Position numbers and translations under genes: made by a program
DNA from: an uncultured Gemmatimonadales bacterium
Lineage (GTDB): Bacteria > Gemmatimonadota > Gemmatimonadetes > Longimicrobiales > Longimicrobiaceae
Assembly (NCBI GenBank): GCA_963716255.1
Contig: OY970303.1
Location: 3,392,001 to 3,456,000 of the forward strand
Length of the DNA stretch: 64,000 nt
Reading direction: 5' to 3'
Notes under the pieces: generated by a model
What the model was told of the DNA's origin: nothing
The model's database searches: none
The model's input: the letters and a program-made list of their open reading frames with translations, nothing else
Shown here: positions 39,177-47,872 of the stretch, in pieces
How positions within the stretch are numbered: the first letter of the stretch is position 1
How the letters are laid out: every line of letters begins with the position of its first letter

Positions 39177-40511
39177 ATGCCGTCGCCGAACCGGGTTCCG
39201 TTCTTCATGCGCTGGGCGTCGCGGTGGGGCGACGCGGTGTTCACGGGGCTGCTCATCACCGTCGGCCTGGGGACCGGGCTCGGCATCGTCCTGGCGCACG
39301 GGGCGGGCGGCCGGTCCATCGCCCTCCTCTGGTCCTTCGCCTGCTTCGCCAGCGGCATGGCGATCGGCTTCCTGTTCGGCATCCCGCGCGTGCTCCAGGG
39401 CGACGTCCCCGTGGACCCGTCGCAGCCGGGCGGGCCGCAGGGCGCCAGGGACACCGCGGGCCAGGAGGACGGCTACCGCATCCGGCCCAACACCAACCTG
39501 GAGCAGATCTCCGACTGGCTCACCAAGATCCTGGTGGGCGTGGGGCTGGTGCAGATGGGGAGGATCGGGGACGCGCTCGACCGCGCATCGCTCTTCCTGG
39601 CCCGCGGGCTCGGCGCCCCGGCCGAGAGCCTGCAGGTGTTCGCGGCCGGGATCATCGTGTACTTCACGGTGTCCGGCTTCATGGGCGGCTATCTGACGAC
39701 GCGCCTGTTCCTGACCGGCGCGTTCTCGCGGGCGGACCGCGCCGCGGCGGCGCAGCCGACGCTGGCCGAGTACTCCGCCGTGCGCGAAGCCTCCATCGAG
39801 ATCGTGGACCGGGGCGGCGTGGTGTCCGGCGAGGCGGTGCAGGCCGCCTCCAGGATCGGCGCCCTCCCCGTGGACCAGCTCCGCACCCCCGAGGCGATGG
39901 CCGTGTGGGCGAAGGCGCAGCTGATCGAGGGGAACACGCAGGCGGCGGTGGACGCCTACGCCCGCGCCGTGACCGGGGTGCCGGGCGACGCGGCGCTGCG
40001 CTACGAGTACGCTGTCGCCCAGTTCCAGGCGGGCCGCCCGGAAGAGACCGTGCGGGAGCTCCAGGAAGCGTACCGCCGGATCACCCCGGCCACCGACCGG
40101 GTGCTCAAGGAAAAGGTCTACAACTCGCTGACGTTCACCAGCCTGTACCTCCCGCCGCCCGGCGGCTTCACGGCCGCCGTCCGCTACGGCGAGGAGTACG
40201 TCGCCAACCCGGCCAACCTCCCCAGCGGCTCCATCTGGGTCAACCTCGCGGCGGCATACGGCGAGCGGGCCCGCTGGCTGGGCGAGCAGCCCGCGCGGAA
40301 CGGCGCCGCCGTCGCCGAGGCGCGCGGCCTCGCGCTCCGGGCCGTCCACGAGGCGCTGCGGATCGACCCCCGCTGGCGGGAAAGGCTGGTGACGCTCCTG
40401 GACCCCGCCTTCCCGGGCAGGGACCCGGCCGAAGGCGACCTGGAGGTGTTCGCCGGGGACCCCGAGTTCCGCGACGCGCTCGGGCTGCCGGAGCTCCCCC
40501 CGCCCGAGTAG
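39177..40511 (+). CDS. Membrane protein (about 4 TM) with C-terminal TPR repeats
   Basis: GFLFGIPR and NTNLEQISDWLTKILVGVGLVQ motifs. TPR-like AQLIEGNTQAAVDAYARAV...P.DAALRYEYA. Confidence 0.8.
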   Translation: MPSPNRVPFFMRWASRWGDAVFTGLLITVGLGTGLGIVLAHGAGGRSIALLWSFACFASGMAIGFLFGIPRVLQGDVPVDPSQPGGPQGARDTAGQEDGYRIRPNTNLEQISDWLTKILVGVGLVQMGRIGDALDRASLFLARGLGAPAESLQVFAAGIIVYFTVSGFMGGYLTTRLFLTGAFSRADRAAAAQPTLAEYSAVREASIEIVDRGGVVSGEAVQAASRIGALPVDQLRTPEAMAVWAKAQLIEGNTQAAVDAYARAVTGVPGDAALRYEYAVAQFQAGRPEETVRELQEAYRRITPATDRVLKEKVYNSLTFTSLYLPPPGGFTAAVRYGEEYVANPANLPSGSIWVNLAAAYGERARWLGEQPARNGAAVAEARGLALRAVHEALRIDPRWRERLVTLLDPAFPGRDPAEGDLEVFAGDPEFRDALGLPELPPPE

Positions 40512-40563
40512 GCACGCGGCCCGTGTCGCGCGTGCGGGAGATCCACGCCCCCCGAGTCCGGCG

Positions 40564-41121
40564 ATGAAGGCACACCCGATCCTTCCCATGCTCCTCTCGC
40601 TCGCGTGCGCCGCGCCGGCGGCGGCGCAGCTCCGCGCGTCCGGCCTTTCCCTGGGCGGGCGGGTGCTGGCCGCCAGGCCGGCGGGCGGCCGCGGCGAAGG
40701 GCTGGGTGCCGGGACGGGGTTCGGCTTCGACGCGGGCTACGACCTGCGGCCCGGCCTGACCCTCCACGCCGGCTTCAGCCGGGTCGTCTTCGCCGTCGGC
40801 GGTGCTGCGCAAGCCACCGACCGGGTGGACTCCGGCGTGGACGTCGGCGTGCTGCTCGCCCGCCCGGCCGGCGGGATCCCGCTCTGGCTCCGGGGCGGGC
40901 TGACCCTGCACGAGACGGAGACGCACCTCGCCTCCGCCGGCGGCGACGGGCTGGACGATGGCCGGAGCGGGATCGGCCTGGAGGGCGGCGCCGGAGTGGA
41001 GCTCCGGCTCGCGCGCCGCCTCGTCCTGCTGCCCGGCGTCGCGTACACCGCCTACCCCGCGGGCGACCCCGGCGGCGTCACGCAGCTGCGGGCCGAGCTG
41101 GGGGCGCGCATCCGCCCCTGA
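40564..41121 (+). CDS. Small outer-membrane beta-barrel protein
   Basis: Signal peptide ending AAA-Q. Alternating beta strands (GFGFDAGYDL, GLEGGAGVEL, LRAELGARIR). Confidence 0.7.
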   Translation: MKAHPILPMLLSLACAAPAAAQLRASGLSLGGRVLAARPAGGRGEGLGAGTGFGFDAGYDLRPGLTLHAGFSRVVFAVGGAAQATDRVDSGVDVGVLLARPAGGIPLWLRGGLTLHETETHLASAGGDGLDDGRSGIGLEGGAGVELRLARRLVLLPGVAYTAYPAGDPGGVTQLRAELGARIRP

Positions 41122-41372
41122 GCGGGGTCGTGCCGCCGTCATTCAGGCGCCCTTTTCTGCATCGCTCCGGCCCGGGCGCACCACAATGCAGCGGCGGCGG
41201 CCCCCCGTGCCGGGGATCGCCGCCGCCCTCCCTCCAGCTGCAACCGCCTCCCGCCAAAACGCTTCCGCGACTCGTTCCCTCCGCCGGGCGCCCCGGCCCC
41301 CAACGTGCTCCCCGCACGCGCGCTCCCGTACGTCCCGCTCCACCACCCGTTCCCCGAGACGGAGGAGTCCCC

Positions 41373-42179
41373 ATGCGCTCACGCACGAGTCTCCCGCTGG
41401 CCGCGCTCGCCGCCGCGCTGCTGCTCGCCGGCTGCGGCGACGAGATCTCCCGCCCCGCCGCGCCGCCCAGGGCGCCCCGCGCACCGGAGCAGGCCGAGCT
41501 TTCCGTGCTGCCCAACTCCGCGTCGGGGACCACCGCCCCGGGCGGGCCGTACAACCTGCGCTCCGGCCCCGGGACGGGCTACGCCGTCACCGGCTCGCTG
41601 GGCGCCGGCGCGAGCGTCACCATCGACTGCACCTCCCGCGGCGAGAGCGTCAGCGGCCACTACGGCACCAGCCGCGTGTGGGACCGGCTGGCCAGCGGCA
41701 GCTGGATCACCGACACCAACGTCTACACCGGCACCGACGGCCCTGCGGCGCGCCCCTGCATCCGCAACGACTACCCGTACGCCAGCAGCAGCACCAGCGG
41801 CGTCGACCCCTGGAACTTCTACAACCGCCAGTGCACCTCGTTCTCCGCCTTCCGCGTCAACTGGAACGGCACGCGCACCGGCAAGACGTTCACCAACATG
41901 TACCTGGGCGAGCACTTCGGCGACGCGCACCTGTGGGACGACGCGGCCCGCGCCTCCGGGGTGCCCATCTACGGCTCGCCCGCGGTGGGCCGCATCGCGC
42001 AGTGGAACCGCAACTCCGGCGGGGCGGGCGGCTTCGGGCACGTGGGGTACGTGGCCGCGGTCTACAGCGACGGCAGCTTCCTGGTGGAGGAGTACAACTG
42101 GGCGACCGCCTACGGGTACGGCACCCGGCGCATCTACCCCGGGAGCGGGTCGTGGCCCAGCAACTTCATCGACATCTGA
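41373..42179 (+). CDS. Lipoprotein peptidoglycan hydrolase (SH3b + CHAP)
   Basis: GGAGGAG RBS; lipobox LLLAGC; NLRSGPGTGY (SH3b); RQCTSF, GHVGYV and EEYN (CHAP Cys/His/Glu). Confidence 0.9.
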   Translation: MRSRTSLPLAALAAALLLAGCGDEISRPAAPPRAPRAPEQAELSVLPNSASGTTAPGGPYNLRSGPGTGYAVTGSLGAGASVTIDCTSRGESVSGHYGTSRVWDRLASGSWITDTNVYTGTDGPAARPCIRNDYPYASSSTSGVDPWNFYNRQCTSFSAFRVNWNGTRTGKTFTNMYLGEHFGDAHLWDDAARASGVPIYGSPAVGRIAQWNRNSGGAGGFGHVGYVAAVYSDGSFLVEEYNWATAYGYGTRRIYPGSGSWPSNFIDI

Positions 42180-42213
42180 AGCGGTTTTACGGCTGGACGG
42201 CAACGGCAGGTTT

Positions 42214-42350
42214 GGGCGTGCCCCCGGCGGGACGCCGGGGTCGGGCTTCGGCTCCGTAAGCCCGCAAACAACGCGGGCTAACGGAGTCGAGACCCGGCGG
42301 AAACAGCCCCGCCGGGTCTCGCCCCTTCGGGCCGAAATCCCTCACGCGGG
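42214..42350 (+). repeat. Palindromic dispersed repeat family A, copy 2
   Basis: Near-identical to 31896-32026. Differences fall in loops and stem length. Confidence 0.85.
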
Positions 42351-42405
42351 CCTCGCGCTTCGTTCTCGGTCGGGGGCATTCTGAGGCGCAGGCCGGGACG
42401 GGGCG

Positions 42406-44316
42406 TCAGTCCTCCCGGAAAGCCCCGTGTACCCGCTCCGCGAGCTTTCGCAGCACGTGGTCGAACCGTCGCTCCAGCCCCTTGAACTCGCGGAGGTTGA
42501 ACGTCGCGAGCGTGTCGTCGGAGCCGACGCGGAGGTGCTGCTTCCATACCTCCAGCGGCATCACGGACTCGTCCACGATGCGGGCGACCGGCAGGTTGTA
42601 TCCGGCCCCCACGCCGTACTCGTACCACATCCAGTGCAGCTCCGGCATCGTCCTTCCCGTCCTGTCCGCCTGCATGCGCCGGACCTCGTCCGTCGAGGCG
42701 GTGAAGATCTGGAGCAGGGCGGCGCACTCCTTGATCCTCTCGGTGACGGTATTCGTCAGCGTCTGTCCCACCAGGGCATCCAGCACGACGGGCTCGAGGC
42801 CCCAGAACCGCGCCCACTTCTTGGCCAGCTCGACCAGGTGCTCGACCTCGCGTGAGCCGTCCATGCGCCTGGATATGAACACCTTTTCCACCGTGAGCCG
42901 GTTGATTTCGATCCGGCTGGTGAAGCTCCGCTCCGGCCCGTTCCACTTCGGCCCCTTCCACAGCTCGGCGAGGTTCCGGCGGAGGTCAACGATCTCCGTC
43001 CGTCTGATGGGAGTCGGCCTGTACCCGATCAGGGTCAGTGTGCCCTTCTCCGAGTTCTCCTCCTGGTGCACCGTCTTGTTGGTTACCCTCTGAAGGTTCA
43101 GCTTCAACGGGATCAGGCTCCTGCACACGTCCGACCACAGGCCGAGCGTCGTGTCGAACCCCTTCGCTCCCGGCTCGTTCGTGGGGTCGCTCGTGGGCTC
43201 GCTCGTGGGCTCGCTCGTGGGCTCGCTCGTGGGGTCGCTCGTGGGGTCGCTCGTGGGGTCGCTCGTGGGGTCGCTCGTGGGCTCGCTCGTGGGCTCGCTC
43301 GTGGGGTCGCTCGTGGGGTCGCTCGTGGGCTCGCTCGTGGGCTCGTTCGTGGGCTCGTTCGTGGGCTCGCTCGTGGGCTCGCTCGTGGGCTCGCTCATGG
43401 GCTCGCTCATGGGCTCGCTCGTGGGCTCGGAGAAGTTCGCGTGGTAGTTGAAATGGATCTGCACCCATCCTTCCAGCTTCCGCCTGCTGGGCACCGGGAT
43501 CAGGCGTACGTAGTGTTCCTCGGGGTTGACCGACGCGATCGCCTTGGTCGGCAGCTCGATCTCCGCGATGTCGGAGATCTCGCTGAAGGCGCCCTCCTGT
43601 ACCGGACGCAGCATGGCCCGGCTGCGGCTGTACGTGAACACGAAGGGATTCAGTACGTTCTTTCCGTAGAACGCGAACTTCGGCAGGTTCTGGATCCAGA
43701 AGGCACGGACGGCCTCATCCGTGTCCTCCAACGCGAGCGATCTCAGTGTCGAACCCTCGATCTTTTCCGCGTCGTGCAGCAGCTTCACCTTTTTTTCGAC
43801 AATGCGCGGGTGGAGGAAGTCGATTCTCTTGCCGATGGTGTTGCTTGTTGCGTACGCCGTGGTGTACATCCTGGTGGCGATCCTCGTCGCGAGGTCATTG
43901 ATTCTGGAGACGTCCACGGGTGTGTTGCTTCGCTGGAAGGCCGTCATCTCCGGCTCAAAATCCTTCCGTATGTCGACCGCTTCACACACCACGTTCCAGG
44001 TGGCATGGTGATGGCCGGTAGGGGAGCTTTGCCCCGACAGGATGTTCAGTCTGCGGTCGCGGAATACTTCCGCGGCGGCCTGCATGGCCCCGATCGTATC
44101 CTTCAGCTTCAGCTCGAACCTCAGGAGGTAGGGCCAGTAGCGGGGATGGAGGGATGATACGACCAGGTGCGGAGTACGGTTCGGATCCTTCGGGGTAGCA
44201 TCCCGGACCCAGACTCCCCAGCACACCGAGTGGTCGAAGATCCCGATCGGTACGACCACCTTGGGGCGCAGCTGGATCCCACCCTGCGTGAGCGTGACTG
44301 GATCGCCGTAGAGCAT
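42406..44316 (-). CDS. Hypothetical 636-aa protein with two ACT-like domains and a C-terminal TIR-like/nucleoside-deoxyribosyltransferase-like domain
   Basis: GGAGG RBS. FELKLKDTIGAMQAAAEVFRDRRLNIL and TTLGLWSDVCRSLIPLKLNL (ACT-like). KVFISR...IKECAALLQIFT...WMWYEYGVGAGYNLPV (TIR-like). GC is visibly lower than the flanks. Confidence 0.75.
   Translation of the reverse strand: MLYGDPVTLTQGGIQLRPKVVVPIGIFDHSVCWGVWVRDATPKDPNRTPHLVVSSLHPRYWPYLLRFELKLKDTIGAMQAAAEVFRDRRLNILSGQSSPTGHHHATWNVVCEAVDIRKDFEPEMTAFQRSNTPVDVSRINDLATRIATRMYTTAYATSNTIGKRIDFLHPRIVEKKVKLLHDAEKIEGSTLRSLALEDTDEAVRAFWIQNLPKFAFYGKNVLNPFVFTYSRSRAMLRPVQEGAFSEISDIAEIELPTKAIASVNPEEHYVRLIPVPSRRKLEGWVQIHFNYHANFSEPTSEPMSEPMSEPTSEPTSEPTNEPTNEPTSEPTSDPTSDPTSEPTSEPTSDPTSDPTSDPTSDPTSEPTSEPTSEPTSDPTNEPGAKGFDTTLGLWSDVCRSLIPLKLNLQRVTNKTVHQEENSEKGTLTLIGYRPTPIRRTEIVDLRRNLAELWKGPKWNGPERSFTSRIEINRLTVEKVFISRRMDGSREVEHLVELAKKWARFWGLEPVVLDALVGQTLTNTVTERIKECAALLQIFTASTDEVRRMQADRTGRTMPELHWMWYEYGVGAGYNLPVARIVDESVMPLEVWKQHLRVGSDDTLATFNLREFKGLERRFDHVLRKLAERVHGAFRED
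43172..43429 (-). repeat. In-frame 12-bp tandem repeat, about 21.5 copies, encoding (E/D)P(T/M)(S/N)
   Basis: GG(C/G)TCG(C/T)TC(G/A)TG units, counted from the translation EPTS...DPTN-EP. Confidence 0.97.
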
Positions 44317-44511
44317 GGTACCTCCGGCTTGGCTTCGACCGGAACCGCATCGAATTGGAGTGGACGGGGAAAACGGGTAATGTCGGCGGGTGCATGGCGA
44401 GCACGGCGGCAGCAAAATGATCCGGTTGCCGCCGCCACCGAAGCATACGCGTGGATCGCGGATCGGGAAAGGAAACCGTTGGTCGGCGTGCCGGTGGGGC
44501 CTCCTCGCCCC

Positions 44512-45348
44512 TCACCCCATGATCGCGAGCGTCCCCCGCACCGGCTCCCCCAGCCGCCGCTCGCCCTCGATCGTCACCCGCCTCTCCGCCTCCTCCCGCG
44601 CCAGCCCCTTGGTGAACAGCCGCCAGGCCGTGTCTGCGTCCATCGTCACCGTGGCGGCGGGGTGCGGCGCCGGGCCGGCGTGCAGCGTCCAGCGGTCGCC
44701 CTCGTGCAGCAGCGACCAGTCGTCCCCCGCCTCGCCGGCGATGGAGACGAGCACCGCCGCGCCCTCGTCGGCCCGCGTGTCGCGGTAGCTGTGCGGCAGG
44801 GCGCGCACGAAGGTGTCCAGCACCGGGTGCAGCCACTCGCGGCCGGTGAGCGGCGCCCGGCCGGCGGCGTCGCGGATCTGCTGCTGGTGGTGCCAGCGCT
44901 CCGTGTACTCCCGCGCCGTGTCCATCCAGCCGGGCGACGTCTCCTCCCCCGCCCACGCCACCGGGAAGAGAGCGGGGCCGTGCGGGTCCAGCCCCTCGAA
45001 CAGGCGCGCCACCTCCGGCCCGGTCATGGCATGCAGCTCCACCAGCAGGCGGGGGCTGATGCGGCGCGCCGCGTCCACCCACACCGCGTTGACGTGGTCC
45101 AGGAAGTCCACGAAGCCGCGGGGGCCGGCGATGGGCCGGTCCGGCGGGGGCGGCGGCATCCCGTCGCGGCGAAAGGAGAGCTGCCGCACGTCGCCGTCCA
45201 GCAGGTGCGCGGCCACGTCCCGGACCGTCCACCGCTTCACGGCCGGGCGCGCCCACTCCTCGTCCGACAGGCCGGCGAGCAGGGCGATCAGCTCCGCGTG
45301 CAGCGGCGCGAAACGCTCCGCGACGTGGATGGGCTCAACGGGTCTCAT
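44512..45348 (-). CDS. MDMPI/DinB-like (maleylpyruvate isomerase N-terminal domain) protein
   Basis: WTVRDVAAHLLDGD and REYTERWHHQQQIRDA. Confidence 0.85.
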   Translation of the reverse strand: MRPVEPIHVAERFAPLHAELIALLAGLSDEEWARPAVKRWTVRDVAAHLLDGDVRQLSFRRDGMPPPPPDRPIAGPRGFVDFLDHVNAVWVDAARRISPRLLVELHAMTGPEVARLFEGLDPHGPALFPVAWAGEETSPGWMDTAREYTERWHHQQQIRDAAGRAPLTGREWLHPVLDTFVRALPHSYRDTRADEGAAVLVSIAGEAGDDWSLLHEGDRWTLHAGPAPHPAATVTMDADTAWRLFTKGLAREEAERRVTIEGERRLGEPVRGTLAIMG

Positions 45349-45410
45349 CTCGCGCGCTCCTCCCGGGACGGCGTTGGACAGCGTAGGACGGCATACGCCG
45401 CAAGATACGC

Positions 45411-45453
45411 GAAACGGGCGCCGGACGACCAATGCCGTCCGGCGCCCGCTTTT
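45411..45453. terminator. Hairpin, probable bidirectional terminator
   Basis: GAAA-CGGGCGCCGGACG-8nt-CGTCCGGCGCCCG-CTTTT. Confidence 0.6.
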
Positions 45454-45470
45454 CCGCGCCGACGTCTTCG

Positions 45471-46130
45471 TCAGACGGGGCGGCCGAGGGCGTAGCGCAC
45501 CACCTCCGGCGACGACGGGTCGTCCGCCGGGGCGAAGCCCGCGCGCTCCATCACGCGGATGGAGGCGTCCAGGTGCGGCAGCGTTTCCGCGACCACCCTC
45601 CGCACCGCCGGCTCCGCGAAGGCGCGCGCTGCGAGCGCGCGCGTGGCCTCCGTGGCGTAGCCCTTCCCGCGCGCCCCGGGGAGGAGGCCGTAGCCCACCT
45701 CCACGTCGCCGGTGGGCGTGGGGGGCGCGTGGAAGCCGCACATGCCCACCAGCGTGCCCGGCCCGCCGTCCGGCGACGGCTCCACGACGTACCACGCGCC
45801 CCAGCGCGGCGGGTCGTCCGGCGACGCTTCCGCGGCGCGGAGAGAGTACAGCACGGCGTCGCGGTCGTACAGCTCCGGCGGCCAGTCCGCCGGGACGCGC
45901 GCCCCCATGGTGGCGGCGAGCGAGTCCGGCCCGTCCAGCTCGGCCCGGAGCAGCGCGGTCGTCGCCGCCACCAGGACGAGGCGCGGCGTGTGGATGCGCC
46001 CCGCGACGGGATCGAGGCGGAATTCAGGAGAAGCCGCGGGCACGGTGCCGCGCGGCGAAGCGGTGTCGAATGAGGACACTGGAGTGGCTCCCGGTGTGCC
46101 GGGGCGCGGCGTGCGCGCACCGGCGGTCAT
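45471..46130 (-). CDS. GNAT (RimJ/RimL-like) N-acetyltransferase; start uncertain
   Basis: IHTPRLVL, VEVGYGLLPGARGKGYATEA and ASIRVMERAGF. Confidence 0.85.
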   Translation of the reverse strand: MTAGARTPRPGTPGATPVSSFDTASPRGTVPAASPEFRLDPVAGRIHTPRLVLVAATTALLRAELDGPDSLAATMGARVPADWPPELYDRDAVLYSLRAAEASPDDPPRWGAWYVVEPSPDGGPGTLVGMCGFHAPPTPTGDVEVGYGLLPGARGKGYATEATRALAARAFAEPAVRRVVAETLPHLDASIRVMERAGFAPADDPSSPEVVRYALGRPV

Positions 46131-46244
46131 GGCGAGCCGGCCGCGGAAGCGACCGGCGTGAGCGATCACGACGGTCCGCGCAGCGGGCGCCCGACGGGGA
46201 GGAACGACCAGGATGTGGGTGCGGCTCCGCGGGGGAGCCGCGCG

Positions 46245-46590
46245 TTCCGCCGTCAGGGCGCGCGGTGCGCGGCCGGGGAGACGGCGGCAGGTCCTGCGTG
46301 ACGCAGAGGCGCTTCGGGAAAGAGAGTGCGGCGCGCAGGGAGCGCGCGCTTCGCATGCAAGCTAAGGCGGGGAACGGAAGTGCGGAAGTGCGGGCCCTCA
46401 CCCGGCTCGCTTGGGGCTTTTGTCGTTGCAGTTCCAGCAGTACCCCCATGATTCCGTTCGGGGGGAGACTCGCCGGTCGTTTGGCGAGGCTCACCCCGGC
46501 GGAGGGAGACCCGGGGCGGTTTCCGGGGCTCCCGTAGCCCGCGCAGGAGACCGGCAGTAGTATCGCCGGGCTCCGGAGCGGCCCGCCGCA
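46245..46590 (-). repeat. Palindromic dispersed repeat family B, copy 1
   Basis: The reverse complement matches 50140-50385 in blocks (CCGCTCCGGA, CTCCGCCGG, CTCGCCAAAC..CCGGCGAGTCTCCC, CATG.GGGTACTGC, CCGTCTCC, CCGCGCGCCCT). Boundaries approximate. Confidence 0.75.
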
Positions 46591-46625
46591 CTCGAAGCAC
46601 CACAGGAAAATCGCTTCGCGAAACC

Positions 46626-46982
46626 TCACCACTCGTGGAACACCACGAACACCGCCGCCACGATCAGCGCGAACCCCACTAAGTAGTTCCAGCGCATCTC
46701 CTCCCGCAGGTACAGCACCGAGAACACCCCGAACACCAGCAGCGAGATCACCTCCTGAATGGTCTTGAGCTGCGCCGCGGAAAAGTGCGCGTTCCCCCAC
46801 CGGTTGGCCGGCACCTGGAACACGTACTCGAAGAAGGCGATCCCCCAGCTCACCAGGATCACGGTGAGCAGCGGCGACCCCTTGTGGCGAAGGTGCCCGT
46901 ACCAGGCAAAGGTCATGAACACGTTGGACACCGTGAGCAGCAGCACGGGGGCCAGCGGGGAGCGGGTCAGCCAGGAGGTCAT
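46626..46982 (-). CDS. DMT superfamily small membrane protein (DUF486-like)
   Basis: [29 protein letters not shown] and QLKTIQEVI. Confidence 0.92.
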   Translation of the reverse strand: MTSWLTRSPLAPVLLLTVSNVFMTFAWYGHLRHKGSPLLTVILVSWGIAFFEYVFQVPANRWGNAHFSAAQLKTIQEVISLLVFGVFSVLYLREEMRWNYLVGFALIVAAVFVVFHEW

Positions 46983-47059
46983 GCGGAGTCGCGGGTGGCT
47001 CGGGTTGTGCGTTCGGGGGCCCGCCGCTTCCATCCATCTCCGGCCGGAACACGGGACCC

Positions 47060-47872
47060 ATGCTAGACCTGAAGGACGTGCGCACCTTCCTGGGGGGCGC
47101 ACTGGTGGCCGCGGGAGTCGTGGGCGCCGCCTGGGCGGCGGACGGGCGCCGCGTGAGGCGCACCCGCAGCCGGCTGCACCGCACCATGGTGGAGCTGCTG
47201 CTGAACGCCATCACCGCCGGGGACGCCTCCACCGCGCGGCACTCCCGGCGCGTCGCCAACCTCACCGACGCGCTGGCGCCCCCGCTGGGGATGGACCGCG
47301 GCGAGCGCTCCACGCTGCGCGTGGCCTCGCTGCTGCACGACATGGGGAAGATCGACGACCGCTTCTTCGACATCGTGCACTCCCACGGCCCCCTCACCCC
47401 CGAGCAGCGGGCCGAGATCAAGAACCACCCGCACGAGAGCGCCGACATCCTGGGGCCGCTGGAGCGCATCCATCCCGGCATCACCCGCATCGTCTCGTCG
47501 CACCACGAGTGCTGGGACGGGAGCGGCTACCCGGAGGGGCTGGCGGCCGACGACATCCCGCTGGCGGCGCGCCTGATCGCGGTGGCGGACGTGTTCGACG
47601 CCCTCACCCAGCCGCGCTCCTACCGCGGGCCCCTGGCCCCGGAGGAGGTGCTGCGGCGCATCCGCGAAGGCTCGGGGACGCAGTTCGACCCCGGCGTCGT
47701 CCGCCTCCTGGACCGCCCGGAGATCTGGGAGTACTGGAAGGAGATCGCCCGCGGCGGGTGCCTGGAGGAGGCGCGCGCGGGCGAGGACGATGGGGGGACC
47801 GGCGGCAAGGTGGCGGAGATCAGCGCCGACGCTCCAGCACCGCGCGGATCCCGTGCCGGGGACGAAGGGTGA
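47060..47872 (+). CDS. HD-GYP domain phosphodiesterase with N-terminal TM helix
   Basis: [23 protein letters not shown] and [12 protein letters not shown]. Confidence 0.92.
   Translation: MLDLKDVRTFLGGALVAAGVVGAAWAADGRRVRRTRSRLHRTMVELLLNAITAGDASTARHSRRVANLTDALAPPLGMDRGERSTLRVASLLHDMGKIDDRFFDIVHSHGPLTPEQRAEIKNHPHESADILGPLERIHPGITRIVSSHHECWDGSGYPEGLAADDIPLAARLIAVADVFDALTQPRSYRGPLAPEEVLRRIREGSGTQFDPGVVRLLDRPEIWEYWKEIARGGCLEEARAGEDDGGTGGKVAEISADAPAPRGSRAGDEG

Noticed and set aside
43172..43429. Possible CRISPR array
   Set aside because: Contiguous 12-bp units with no unique spacers and no cas genes. It is an in-frame coding VNTR.
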